Of a stretch of 64,000 bases of DNA, positions 44,611-57,750 are shown in pieces (the first letter of the stretch is position 1; each line of letters starts with the position of its first letter). The position numbers were made by a program, and so were the translations under genes. Under the pieces are notes generated by a model. It was not told where the DNA came from and made no database searches. It saw nothing but the letters and a program-made list of their open reading frames with translations. The DNA comes from Bilabrum cf. latius (taxonomy: Eukaryota): the NCBI GenBank assembly GCA_965178125.1, contig OZ237772.1, forward strand, positions 310,001 to 374,000, in the 5' to 3' direction.

Positions 44611-45510
44611 TTGCCTACTGCCAGGCGCCGTGCTGTTCTGCACTGCACTGCCGAACTGCCTCCCCTGTCTGAACCTCCCCGCCGCCGCAGCGTCGCCTGC
44701 CTGCACCATGGGGGCACTCCCATGGGAAGGCACCATCGGTCTGCCGCCGCTCCAGAGGGCATGGCCGAGGAGACCACCCCCACCCCCACCAGTGGTACCG
44801 GTTGAACCCCCGGGTCGCCCCTTGGGAAAGTCGTGCAGGGGATGCCTGGCGGGATCTAGTGTGGGGAAATCGTCACCGGCGCCGTTGCCTGCTGCACCCG
44901 AGGAGGTGCTCGTGCTCGCCCCCTCCCCTGGCACTGCTGCTCCTGACCGCGGCAACCGACGCTCCGTCGCCGGGCCAAAGCTCCCGCCAAAGAATTGCGC
45001 GAGCACCTGCTCCATCCGACTTGCTCCCGCGTCTTCTGCTCCAAGCGCAGGCAGCTCTGGAGGGGAGGTTGATTCTTGCGCGTCTCCCTTCCGAAGGATG
45101 ACTGTCCCAAGCTACTTCTGCGAGCTTGCAACACAAGGAAATTAAATTCGCGTAAGTAATCCTAGCATGAAGCAGGTAGATAGGGAGACGGATGTCAACA
45201 TTAAGTACAACTGGCGTGGCCCCGTGGCAACGATATTCTGATCAGACAGTCACTCTCACAGGTGGTCTTCCGCTGCACTACTCGAGGACGTGCACAGATT
45301 TCATAGAAGTAGATTTTCCGTTGACCCAAGAATACTCCGAGCTTTGCATGGTTGAATGCCCACAGCCTTCCTGAACCTGGCTCTTCAGCTTGCTAACTTC
45401 TTCCAAAAACTTGTCATCGCTTCCGACAATGATCTATGCCTAACGCGAACTCGATCTACTATCTTTCATCCTATTTGCTGTGCACACCGATAATGCAGCA
45501 AATAGCAATT
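44608..45510 (-). CDS. Hypothetical protein, exon structure and start unresolved
   Basis: Frames ..LLFAALSVCTANRMKDSRSSSR*A*IIVGSDDKFLEEVSKLK.. and ..K*LGTVILRKG..MEQVLAQFFGG.. are open apart from TAG. The stop is TGA 44608. No recognisable domain. Confidence 0.35.
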
Positions 45511-46001
45511 TGTAGTAACAGAGCAGAAAATTTGTGTCGATTAACCGGATTCTGTAGTTTTTGTAACGTGTCGATACATTCGAAATGTTGGTGTCTACAT
45601 CTTGTACCCAATATATCCCACGGTTTCGTGAGTATCTGTGCAATTTGTGGCTACAATGTATGTTATATGCATGTTATGTGCATGTTTAGACTGTTAACAT
45701 CCGTGATTATCAAAGAAATAGCTTGTGGATTGGACTCAAAAGTGAAAACAGTAGATTTGCGTTTAAATGAACATGCCATGCAGCGCCCGTGCAATTCTTG
45801 CTGATAGGTGCACCCCAGTGACGATTAAATTGTATGCTTAAACGGAATGTTGAAGATTGCTTCGATCTAACCCTCTAGTTGTGTTGTTAGTGCAGCCCCA
45901 CTTGTATTTGAATTTCTTGGCCTATTTGCAAGCTTGTCCGATTCGCTCTGTCGGCATTCGGAGACAGAACCGCAACATGCAGGTATTCGTATGCTATCCC
46001 C

Positions 46002-49000
46002 ATGCTTTTCGCAGCTAGGGCTATGAAACCGTCTGAACAGCGTGTGTCTGGGCCAGCCGCACCAGCGGCACTAGGCTCGTAGGTTGCCAGCGCGCGTTCA
46101 GCCACGGCTCCGTCTGCGCATAAACCAGCGAGCGCTGGTAGCACACAGTATTCTGCACAGCACGGGCTTTCTGCGTCAAGCGCTGGGTCGTCAGGAGAAT
46201 AGTCGTCGTCGTCGACGTCGTCATCTTCCCAGCATGCTTCTGCGCCGGCTTCTCCCCAACTGGGCCCCGACGCCGGCTGGAGCGCCGGAATGACGAGCGT
46301 GCTCAAGGCCAGCGAGGAGGGCGACATGGAAACCCTCACGGCCCGCTGGCGCAGCTCGTACGCAGGCAGGTTTCAGGCCGTACCCCCCACGGTGGATGCG
46401 CACCCTTTGCTCATCGCCGTGCACTTCCTGTAGCCAGCCGCAGTTGAGGTAAGAAGGTCTACTCAATGTAACTTGTATCACGAATCTGGGCGTTGCTTGT
46501 GCATTTGACTAACGTGCTGCTGCTGCAAGCACCCTGGCACCACTGACCCAACCACTAACCCCTCGACTGGGCATCCTGCCTCACTCGTCACATCACACTC
46601 ATCACACTCATCGCACATCGCAGTTCCTCCTTGACCGGGGCATGTCAGCGGACCAGCCGGGCACTGCCGCGTCCTACCCCGGAGACGGCATGATGGCCTC
46701 GGAGCTTAGGGGGATTACGCCCATGGAACTCAGCGAGAAACTGCTGTTTGTGCACGGGCGGAGGGGAAGGAAGGGCAAGGCAGTGCAGGCGATCAGGGGA
46801 CACCTGCGGGCCGCAGCAGAGAAGGCGAGATTGGCGGCATACAGGGAACAGCTGGAGGCGGCCTAGAAGGCTGGCGCCGAGGAAGGGGGTGACAGGAGAG
46901 GAGGGGGTTCCGCTGCCGGTGTCTGCGCTGGGGAGCAAGGGGAGGGCGGTAGCGGAGGGTCGCAGGAACAGGGGCAGGGCGCCGGCGGCGGGTTGCCACA
47001 ATCGTCACCCGTTGTTGGCCGCAGTTCCGCTCGCGGCGCCGCGCAGGAACAGGGCACTCCCGGCCACGAAGGTCCTGCTGCCGGATCCGCGCTTCTGACG
47101 CCCGCCACGCTGCAATACGATACACCCCGGGGCGGCAGCGGCGGAATGGGAGGTGGAACGGGGGATCAGCAGCAGCAGCCTCTCACCGTGTTGCGATCAC
47201 GATCTGCAGACAGCACGGCCTCATCGTCGTCATCGTCGTCTGCTATGGGGAGTGGGGGAGCAACTGGCAACAGGAGCAAGCGGCCCCCACGGCGAGCTGC
47301 CGCGGTAGCCGCACGATAGGTGGTTGCAACCGCTACGCAGGCAGACGGGGATGACAAGCAGCAGCAGCAGCAGCAGCAGCGGCAGCAAAAGCCGTTGATG
47401 AATCAAGGGGACTTGCAGGGAGTCGAAAAATATGCGGCGGGCCACCAGTCTTCTAGGCATCGCAGCAACGATGACGGGGTGGCGCAGCGTCTCTTCGCCG
47501 AAGGTGCAGCGCACGATAGTGCAGCGGGAGCTGCCCGCACCGTTGGTCGCAAACGACCCAGGGCAACCAGTCCCCGGGTACCATCAGGCGAGCAGATCTA
47601 GGCCCAGGCATAGACGCAGTGTGACGAGGATGCGGGCGGCTCGGGATCAATTGCGCCTGCTGCAGCAGCACCGGCGGCCCGACCTCCAAACCGGAAAAAG
47701 CGCAGGCAGACGGCCGGTGGTCCAGCTTAGACCGCGGTATCACCAGCGGCAGCTGCCGCCACCAAGCAGCACCAGCAGCACCAACAGCAGCAGAAGCAGC
47801 TCAAGCCTTAGGGAACAAACAGCAGGGTACCCTCGTGGGTTCCGAAGCAGGTCGCCTCTAGGCCCAGCCACAGGCAGCCCCAAGCCCCCATGGAGCCATC
47901 GCACTCGTCACACCAGCATCACCCTCAGGAGTCGGCCCGTCCGCAGATGCTCCTGCGCACCCGCACGTAGGCGGCTCGCACCCGGCCGCCAGAGGCTGCA
48001 GGTGACCAGCCCCTTTGTTGCGTGCTGTTTGCGCTGTCGAACCACCCCGATGCGGTTGCGACCGATGCCGTGCTGCAGTGGTGGCAGACCCACCGACCCG
48101 CTTGGGCAGCTGCCGCTGGTCCTGCCGCGGTGCTTCCCTTGGTGATCCGGGGTGAAGGGGGGGCGGCGGAACCGGCCGGTCTGGGGGATGGGTCTGCACC
48201 TGCACCTGCACCAGCACCAGCATCGTCGTCGTCCTTGCAATCTACATCTTCATCTTCATCTTCTTCTATGGCCTCCTGTCAATCGGGACCAAGCTAGGAG
48301 GCGCTGTCCGATGCGCTCAGGACAGCCGTGCGGGGGGCTCTGCTGGACATAGAGTCGACGGGGCCGGCGATGGTCCGGCACGGTGGAAGCAGGGATCGAG
48401 GAGGAGGCCACAGCCGGGGCGCCATTGCAAGGCACTCGGAATCACAATCAGGCTGGGTGGGCGGCCTCAACTCAGAAGACCCTGTGGCCATCGCGGAGGC
48501 CGTGCAGCGGAAGATCCGGAGCCTAAATGAGAGCTCTCCTACAGCCAGTGGCATCGGCGCGGCTCAATCCGGTGCTGGTGCTGGTACTGGTGCCGGTGCC
48601 GGTCACGTCGCACCCAGCGCACTCTTGCAGGAATTGAACCTGGGAGCGATCGGCAGTAAACAGGCAGGGAGCGAGACAGCGCCCCCCTCGGCTTCGATAT
48701 CCGAGCTGGAGGCTGCTTGCCCCACCAGCCTCAGGCCATCGGGTGTGACGAATGCGGGGTCACGGTCTCTGGGGCTCGGGTGGTTCGAAGCGCGGCGCCG
48801 CTTGGTTGCGGAACCTGTCTCGGACTGCGTAGCCCGAGTGCGCAGGATCGTGCACGGCGCTGCTGGGACAGGAGCCATGGGTGGTGTTGCTGATCCGATC
48901 ATTGATCCGATCGCGCAGGTGGTCGCCAATCAGATCCTAGCCTAGCAGAGGAAGCGGCGGGGCAAGGGCACCTCGTCAGCGGCGCCGCGCACTTACGATG

Positions 49001-50436
49001 GTCCATAGGACGCCGACATAGCGGCCACGTACGCAGTTGCTGCGGCAGCCGCTGACAAAGCAGAGAATACCGTGTCTACTGCAGGTGGCCCATCGGGCCT
49101 AGCCTGGGAACAGCGCGTTCGCATCGGGGCTGGCATGTATCCGTTGAGAGCGGCGCTGCTCCGGTGGATCTGCGACGTGCCGGTTGCAACCGGTGCATCG
49201 CCAGCCCCCGTGGCAATGTGCCTCCTGCTCCTGCAGTCGCCCATGGCCGTGCAGCGGCTGCGTGTAGCGAGTGCGCTGGGCCAGGGACTGGTGGTGACCC
49301 CGCTGGGAAGGTCGGCAACGAACCTTCACCGCAGGGTTCGGCAGCTGGGCGAGCCAGAGAATGCAGCCGCCTCTTCGTCGCGCCCTGCGCCCGAAGCGGA
49401 CGCAGGACCTGGGTCTTCGCTGTTCCGGTTTAGCAGGTCGGATCGGATGGCCCTGCGGCACGCGGCCGCCTCGGCCCCCACACCACTCGCTACCCTGTCG
49501 GTCCTGGAGCGGGCGGCTGCTGCTGAGGTTGCAACCGGGGGGGGTGTGCTGTCAGTTGGACTGCCCGAGAGCCTTGCGCGGCGGCTCGACCGGGCCGCCA
49601 GGGGGGCCGTTGGTTCCGCTGTGGCGGCGCCGCGCATCGGCCACCTGCCCGACCTGCAGGCCCTCCTGCGGGAAGGGGCCCAGAGGGTGGCCGGCAGGAG
49701 GAACCCGCTCCGGGGGCTCAGCCGACTGGCAGTGGCCATGGGCGGGGTCAGGGAGGGTGCACCGCACGGTGGTGCAGCTGGTGATGCCCCCATGGTTGGG
49801 GAAGCTCCATCGCAGGGGCATGGACAGGGGCATGGACAGGGGCATGGACGGGGGGAGCAAGCGGGGCCCACGGTGTGGGACGGTTCCCTGCCGCAGCCCG
49901 CGCATGTGGCGGGCCCCGCCTCACTCGTCATCGTGTCTGTGCCTTCTTCGATCCCAGTGGATCCCGCGGTTGCAACCACTGACGACCTGAGACAGGTGGC
50001 GCGGCTGGTGCGGGCCGTGGGCGGCTGCGTGCCCCTGGCCAAACAAGCAAGGGTGCTGGTGGTCGCAAGAGCCGCCGAGAGCCTGGGCGCCGCGGCGGTG
50101 CGGAACATAGGGCCCGGAGGTGCGGAGGCATCACTGGAAGCGTGGGAGGTGCAATCTGCGACCAAGTGGGAGGAGAGGCTGCGGGAGTTGGTCGCAAACG
50201 AGAAGCCGGTGAGGCTGCTGTGTCCCTCTCCTGGCTGCCCCCCCATGGCTCGCATGTCGCTTTCACCGCTGGTGCTGGCGGATGGTACGAGCCCATCCGG
50301 TGAGATAGAGCTTGGTTCGAAATCCACGTTCGGGGTATAGCCGCTGGTGCTCGCCACGAGCGGCCAGGTGTGGCAGGAGCAATTCGTGCTGGCCTGCGTG
50401 CAGCTCTCGGGTAGGGAGGGAGAAATGACCGGATGA
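46002..50436 (+). CDS. Large low-complexity protein with N-terminal ankyrin-like repeats; join(46002..46448,46624..50436)
   Basis: VLKASEEGDMETL..HPLLIAVHFL*PAAVE|FLLDRGMSAD spans the GTAAGA..CAG intron 46449..46623. There are ~14 in-frame TAGs and no TAA/TGA until TGA 50434-50436. The start could be 46002 or 46023. Confidence 0.65.
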
Positions 50437-50907
50437 CTGGAAGGTGGCGTTGCCGGATGGACTGCTTGAAGAGGATTGCGAGGGACTCGGTATTGCGTGG
50501 ACTGAAGTGATGTATTGTGAATGGACACGCAGTTGCAGGTGTTCACAATGGTACCTGCCATGGTGGTATACCCGCATGTTGCGGAACGTCTGGAGTTAGC
50601 AGGTCTGGGGTTACAATCAGTAAGACCGGAACTGTAGAAACTGGGATTGATTTGCGTGAAGGCCGACTCATCTTCCCGAGGGTACGCCGAAGATACTGAT
50701 CTCGGCAGTGCTCAAGAAGACACGTACTACAATGTAGTGTAGTTCTGAGTCAGCTTGCAAAAGTTTTTGATTCGATGTAACGTACAAATCAATGTCAGTT
50801 TCGGGGAAACCACCTGCAATGCGCGGTGCCCAGGAATGGTCGTGGCCGATATGCAGTCGTGGCATACAATTCAAGATTAAAAACAGCATAGCGACTTCAG
50901 AATCACC

Positions 50908-52086
50908 ATGCATGCATCATCTGTATCTAGAAGCACTTTTAGCCGGTTCAGTGCTATGATGGGGGGCATGTTCAGACCAAGAAAGCCCCACGTCGCCGTG
51001 TTGCGGCTCCAAGGGACCATTCGTGCTGGGGCCCGGGGCCAGCAAGGAATTTCTGCAGACCAGACACTCAATATGCTTCACCGTGCCTTTAAGGTTGGCG
51101 GGGGTGGAAGGCGAACGCCTGCCGGCGCGGGAAAGCTGAAGGCTGTGGCTATCGAGATTAACTCTGGCGGCGGCTCTGCTGTGCAGAGCGCAATCATTCA
51201 GCGAGCGATGAAGCGGCTGAGCACGCATCACGACGTACCTATCTATGTTTTTGTGGAAGATGTAGCTGCATCTGGAGGCTATCTGATCGCATGCGGTGCC
51301 GAGGAGATCATTGTCGATCCTAGTTCTGTAGTAGGCAACGTGGGGGTGATTCGTCCCAGCGTCGGCATCCACAAGCTGCTCGACAAGTGGGGCATCGAGA
51401 ATCAAACTCGCACGATGGGAGCACGCAAGGAGATTGGCGCTATCACTCGCCCGGAGACGCCGCAGGAGCAGCAGCGCCTGGACAGCATGCTCCGTCAATT
51501 GCACGTCGAATTCAAGGACATCGTCAAAGAAGCTAGGGGCAAGAAAATCGAAGACTCGCCTCTGCTCCGAGCATTCAGGGCTATTGGCGATGGCAATGAC
51601 AGCCGAGATTCCGTAGATGCGGCAGCTCTTGAGGCCGTTCTCGCCGAACCGAGCAAGGCGGGTCTGTCTGCAGAGGAGGCCGCCGGGCTCCGCTGGGCGA
51701 CCGAAATGACGCACTCGCCCATCGAGGTGGACCACGTGCTTGAGGGTGACGTGTTCGTGGGGCGGCAGGCGGTTAGTTCCGGCTTTGCGGACGGCGTGGG
51801 GCACTTGCGACCAGTAATGCTGGAGAAGCTAGGAGTGGCCAAGGAGGAAGACGCGAGGTTCGTGAAGGTTCCTGCGTGGGGCGGGTGGTTGGGGGGCGGC
51901 TGGGCCGGGGTGGAGGGGGGCGTCTCGTCACAGCTGGGTGGCGGCGGCTGCGTGCTGGGCAGTGTGACGAGTGCGATTGCCGGGATTGGAGAGAGCGTCG
52001 GCAGAGGGGCGGTGGATGCAGCGCTGGCCGCAGCGGAGGAGGAAGAGGCTGCACGGGCGGGCTATGGGGGTAGGCACAGGCTGTGA
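50908..52086 (+). CDS. sppA: Peptidase S49 (SppA-like signal peptide peptidase), probable organellar targeting peptide
   Basis: VAVLRLQGTI, AVAIEINSGGGSAVQS, EDVAASGGYLIACGAEEI, SVVGNVGVI and GDVFVGRQA..GFADG. The N-terminus is Ser/Arg-rich and the stop is TGA. Confidence 0.9.
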   Translation: MHASSVSRSTFSRFSAMMGGMFRPRKPHVAVLRLQGTIRAGARGQQGISADQTLNMLHRAFKVGGGGRRTPAGAGKLKAVAIEINSGGGSAVQSAIIQRAMKRLSTHHDVPIYVFVEDVAASGGYLIACGAEEIIVDPSSVVGNVGVIRPSVGIHKLLDKWGIENQTRTMGARKEIGAITRPETPQEQQRLDSMLRQLHVEFKDIVKEARGKKIEDSPLLRAFRAIGDGNDSRDSVDAAALEAVLAEPSKAGLSAEEAAGLRWATEMTHSPIEVDHVLEGDVFVGRQAVSSGFADGVGHLRPVMLEKLGVAKEEDARFVKVPAWGGWLGGGWAGVEGGVSSQLGGGGCVLGSVTSAIAGIGESVGRGAVDAALAAAEEEEAARAGYGGRHRL

Positions 52087-52433
52087 GAGGTGGGCAGCCT
52101 GAGAGGCTGAAAATAGACTCGGGAGGTGGATGTTTTGGGTGTCCTTGCATCCACTTAGGAATAGGGGCTGCTTGTGTGGATGGGCCGTATGCTATTGGTT
52201 GCACAGAGTCACTTGAGTATGATAAATCATCATGTACTTGTGAGAACTCTTATTTTGTTCTGCTCTTACCCGGCTCTGGTTAAAGCTATGGGGATCGGCT
52301 GCCGCTTCAGGCTCACTGCCAGTGGCAGGCTGACTGCATCTCCTTCTCTTAATCCACCGATGCAACCCGATGATGAAATAAAGAATCACCAACGAATCCA
52401 CCCGAGCCACATGGATGCTGTCAGTGCCACACG

Positions 52434-55400
52434 ATGAGAAGTTTTGGGATTTACATGCTGCTATTTTCATGTGCAGCCCTTTGTGATTGCACGATGGATC
52501 GGTCTATCCTAGCAAGCCATCCGAACAGTCACCTACTAATTGGGAGCGAGCTGGCAGATGCACCGGGATATGTTGCAGCGAATGGTAAGGCAGCCATTGA
52601 GGCAGAACTATAAGCTTTGGCATGATGCCAAAACGCTGCATTCAGTTCCAGGTCAGGCTTCCAAGTTCACACCGCAGGATCATGGTACGAGGTTCCTGCA
52701 CCCTCTGCGCTATGCCCGGGGTGCCAGGAGCAGAAATCGCGGCAAATGCGGATTCGCGTTGCGTAGTAGGCAAAATTTCTGGTGCGCAATCCGGACGTTT
52801 CACCGCTCGTTGATCTGCCGTGGGCTGACGCACGTCGAAGCAGAGCGTTCGGCACGCCGAGCCGATGGCTCACCGGGCCACGCATCGGCACACACGAGGA
52901 CCAGTCCAGTGATGGATGCAAGCGTATAGAGTCCATATCGAGCTCCGAGTTTCGCCCCGCCTCTGCCTCGTTTCAGATGGGCCCAATCAAACCAGAGGTA
53001 CGCACATACCAATCTGCTTGGCCTGCCATTGCACCGCCCGTGGCGTCTGCAGAACCGTACACGGTAGAGCACTGGGGCCTGATCATGCAACCGCGAGCAG
53101 AGGGTGTTGGATTCTTTAGCAACCAGATGAAGGCCTGGTCCCGCACGGACAATGGCGTGGCAGCGGGCAAGCGGACCACGTTTTCCGCGGTTGGTACTCC
53201 TGGGTACTTGTGGCCAGTACACAGCTCTCAGATGTCCGTGATTTACCGGTCTGGATCGGTGCAAGAAAGGATTTGTGTCAAGATGTCGACGCTCACCTGC
53301 CCCCGCCGCACGTTTGACCCGGACTGCACCCCCATGGACGAGCCCATCCCCCTCAACGACACGTGCAGGCAGACGGTGCTGTGGCCCAAGACATTCGGCC
53401 GTGGTAGTGACACTATGCAGAGCCTTCCAAATAGAAGTACAAATGGGTCATGTCCTCCCATGTATACCTACACGTGGGACCCCCAAGACAGCCGCCAGCT
53501 ACACCACGGGAGCGCGGCATCTGACCCCCTCGGGTATCCGCAGGGAATCATGACTTGCTCGGCGAGGACAGGAACTAGCGGAGGCGGTATACGACCGGGG
53601 ATTTCTGCTCGTGCGCGATCAGCGGTCTGGAGCTAGATCGTTACCACCGTTTGGCCCCCCGGCACCGTTGCCGTGCTGCCTGTCGGCCCGAATGCAACCG
53701 CTTCAGGTGATGCAGCTAACTACCCCTGGAGGGTTAACAGAGGACACGTGGTCACTGTGGTCAGCAATATCCCCGCAGCAAGCATTTTCAACTCTATTTC
53801 TGACGCGGGGGCAAGCCCAGGCGCGCCCCTAGGAGTGTCGCCGACTGCAGCTAGTTTACATCATTTGACAAGATCCTATGCACCAATGCAGTGCGGGAGG
53901 GCATATACCAGCGTAAGGCGAGCCATTGATGCCCAGCTCGTGTTCCTAGATGACGCCTCCTGCATTGCCTCCAGGTCATGCAGGCCAGACGTGGGATCCT
54001 CCACCAACGCCAGCAGCCCACAGTACAGGCAGGCCGTGGACGAGTACGTGGCATCGGACATCGCTCAGCTGTTTCCCGCGGGCATGGTGGGGTGTGCATT
54101 GTCATACGATCTGAACCGAGAAGATTACAACTCTGACTTGGTGCCAGTGGACATGCCGATCGCACAGAATGGGGCCGGGTTTGTACTTGGCAGCACCGTG
54201 CCTGCCTACTTGATCGAATCAACCTACCATCCTGCAACCCACGGTCGGTGGCAAAATAATTCCCTCGTAGATATACGATCCTGGCGCAGTGCTTCAATCG
54301 CAACGGGGGCATCAACTGATGCGGCTAGTAACGCTTCTATTCGCGATAGTGTCGCCACTCGCGGTGTGGCAAGCATGAGTGTTGGGAGTGGCGTGCCGGA
54401 GTCCGCAACCCCAATCATGAGCACTGGGCTGATCCACGGCCCATACGCCGTGTATCGAGGACCCGTCCCGCACCGTATGCTGCCCCCTTCGCCCAATGTA
54501 TCCTTGCCTCCAGTCAACGGAGGACGGTGGGCATGCGCCCGCACTGCCCCGCAAGGGTACTTCCAGGAGCGCCCCTACTGCCTGGCTATGTGCGATGATC
54601 CCAGCCACATCGCGGTGGATGTGGGTCTCGAGCGGGATGCGGGGCTGGCTGCGGCTGGCATTGGGGCAGGGGCGGTGGGTGCATCACGAGATGGGTGGGC
54701 TCTGGTGGCGAGCCAGGCGCGTCACTGGTACTCGTACTGGCTTGGGTATCCTGGTCTGATGCAGGACGAGAGGCTGTACGGGAACGATCGGCTGGCGCAG
54801 GTGCCTGCTCTTGGGTCTGTGCATCCGGTGGTGAATGGATTGTCTAGCCCTGTGTATCGAAATCTCACTGCGCCAGACGGCAGCTCAATAGGATTGCCGA
54901 GTCCGCAGATGGCATGCATGCCTGACGACGACGATGTGTGGCACCGGTCGTGGTCTCGATCGTCTCGATGGGCACAGCGCTTACCTGTAGGCAGGGGCTA
55001 CGTTGAATTCAACCTGAGCTTCGATGCGGCTGCGTGGCCGGCCGCTGTGCCTCTCCACGATGGCGCACAGGCTCCAGGTCTGAACTGGCCAATTCCGTCG
55101 ACTGTGTAGTTGCAATGGCTCGAAGCAGACGTAGCGATGGATCTAAGCGATTGTGCTAGGAACACCGATGGGTGGGCCGTTCATGTTTCCGCGGTGCACG
55201 TCAAGCCAGCGATGCCGGCTCCCGCAAACTCATCGAGATGCGAGCCAGGACCCAGGAGCAAGGGCTGGTGCCAGATATTGCCGATGACACTCGTTGTGGT
55301 CGCCTCGCCTGTCGTGTTTCCAAACGACACGCAGCATGGCGCGAGCGCGCCATCCTGGGCCAGTCATGAACCTGTCCACCAGACTATGTCTAATTCCGCT

Positions 55401-57575
55401 CCCATGCAACGGATCCTGACCGCAGGCAGCGTGCTGCAGCGAGTGGTGAGGAGGATCAGGGGAGGACCAGATGCTGGGCTGGCCGGCGTGTGGATGCTGG
55501 CCGCAGAACCTGAATCAGTGCATATTACCGTGCAGTTGCCCTGCATTCCGCTCGCCCGTGACCTGGCAGGCTCTGCGTGTGGGTCGGTAGATGGGGCTAT
55601 TTTTCTTCATTTTTTCGATGTTGGTTTGAACCGCGCTGTGGTAGTCTGCTGTACCGTCGCGGTCGCATTGCTGCTGTTTCTATGGTTTCGGTCTGCATGG
55701 CTCGATCATCCAATAAGTGTTGGGTTAATCCGGTTTGTGTTGGGGGCGCTATCGCAAGTGACAGCCTGGATCGCTGGGCTGGGCCTCTTGTAGGTTGAGC
55801 TGTTCGTGCCTGCCGCTGTGCTGCTGGCTTGGCTGACATTCGGGCTCCTTGCTAGGCTAGTAGGAGTACTCGTTAGGGGCGCGGCGGAGCGTGGTGCTTT
55901 GGATGCTAATACAGGACGACTTTCAACCGGGTGCAAGCGTGTAGCTTACGACAGTCCGATGCGGCCCGGCTTAAGGTCACCACAAGCAGGCGTGAATGAG
56001 TCTGATGGTGGTGACTCCGCTCGGCAAGCCTTCAATGGAGTCGAAGCATGCCGTCATTCCAATAATTCAGATTCGAGTATAAGACCAGCTACCACTGCAC
56101 TGCATGCGACCAAGTATTCTTCTGACCTTGGTGGTATCGTAATAGAAGCAGGAGAGGAGCTTGAGGTGGGACACAGCGAAAACGATGATGGTGATGATGA
56201 CACGGGTGAGCTAGCGCGGCGGGGTGACAGCAATGGCATGATGCATGGATCGGTTGCCACCTCAAGAGTAGCTGGTCGGGGGCGCGCCATCCATGGTCCT
56301 TCCGCGGACAGGTCGCAGCTACTACACATGGGAGCCTCGGCACGATCCACACCGGCATAGAGACACATGCGCGAAACGGGGGCAATGGCACGGCAGGTCT
56401 ACGGCGGTGTCCCGGTGCAGCTTGTGCTATCTGACATTCCCAGTGAAACCGAAGACGAGGAAGAGGAAGAGGACGTCAGTGAGGACACTGCAGGGAGTTG
56501 CGACCAGCATGCATTAGAGCAGGCTCAGCATCCAAGTCAACTTGTTGGCGCGACCTCGGATGATTATGCAAATGACTAGGTCTGCCCTCCTAGCAGTAGC
56601 AATCAAGATGTTTCTCTCGGGGCCAGTTTTACGTCTCTCCCGTGCCCCTCCTCTTCCGTCTCCCGCATGGTCGAGCTACGGGACCAAGGCAGCAGGGCCC
56701 CAAGTGGAGACTAGTACGTCCTCGCCAGGAACGTGAGGCCAGAGGGCCACAATGCGCCCGCACAATGGCATGCCCGCACACGGCCTGTTGCAACTGAGGT
56801 GGACGGCCCCGTGCTTCTGCCAGTGGTCGACGATTGTGAAATAGGTTACGGTGGCTACTACCCCCAGCTCTCACCGGTTTGCTAGCACATGGCCGTTGCT
56901 GCCTCGGTGCTATACTGGGGGGCAGGGCAGGACATAGAGACGGCGATGGAAGAGTTGTCAAGGGAGCGACTAGCTGCAGTAGCTGCAGTAGGAATCGGTC
57001 GTTCTGGAGCATCCATGCCTTAGCTTGTCCCGTTCCTACCGTCTGCGGGAGGGCTAGGGAATGGTATGGATGAATCACAGGCCCTGCAGTGGAACGGTCT
57101 CGCTGTGCCAGGCCAGCCGATTCATGCAAGCACGAAACCGGCGGTCGAAGGGAATTCACGGTAGGTATAGGCACCGGTGCCAAAGCCCCATAGGTCCTCT
57201 GGTTCCTCTGGGTGGAACGTGCGCGCAAGAAGACCCAACTCAGGACAAGGGCAGCTGTCTAGCTCCGATTCAGAACGCGTGCGCATGCCATTGGAACAAG
57301 GTCCCGCCATCTACACCTGCCGATGCCCCAGTACCAACATGTGCGCGGCGGATGTGCTTGCGATGCTCGCGATCGTCATGTGGGCCGTTCTTTGTTCCCT
57401 GGGCCAGTGCCCCGTGGGTGCCTGCATGCGTGACCCGGGCGGCGACCTCGCCGCAATGCCACAGGTGCTGCTGTTGTGGGATCGTGCGGCGGTGGTCGGG
57501 GTGGCGATAGCGTCTTGGGGGCTGGGCCATGTGGCTCGCGCCGTCGTTTGTACTGGATGTACCGAGCCTTCCTAA
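52434..57575 (+). CDS. Unrecognised large multi-pass membrane protein family, copy 3 (~1682 aa); join(52434..52584,52678..57575)
   Basis: Signal peptide MRSFGIYMLLFSCAALC, GTAAGG..GCAG intron 52585..52677, one frame with ~12 TAGs and a TAA stop. Confidence 0.8.
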
Positions 57576-57750
57576 CTAGCGTTTAGTTAAACGCACATTG
57601 GGTATAGCGTAAGGGCTGCAAACTGTCCAGTTGCAACTTGCTCAATCCTTTTGTGACGTGCGCTTCCGGTATGCCGGAGTCTAGCGCCGACACGTCGCGG
57701 CAGGGAGTTCGACCGAGGTTTGGTTGCAATTTGGAAGTAGCAACACCACT

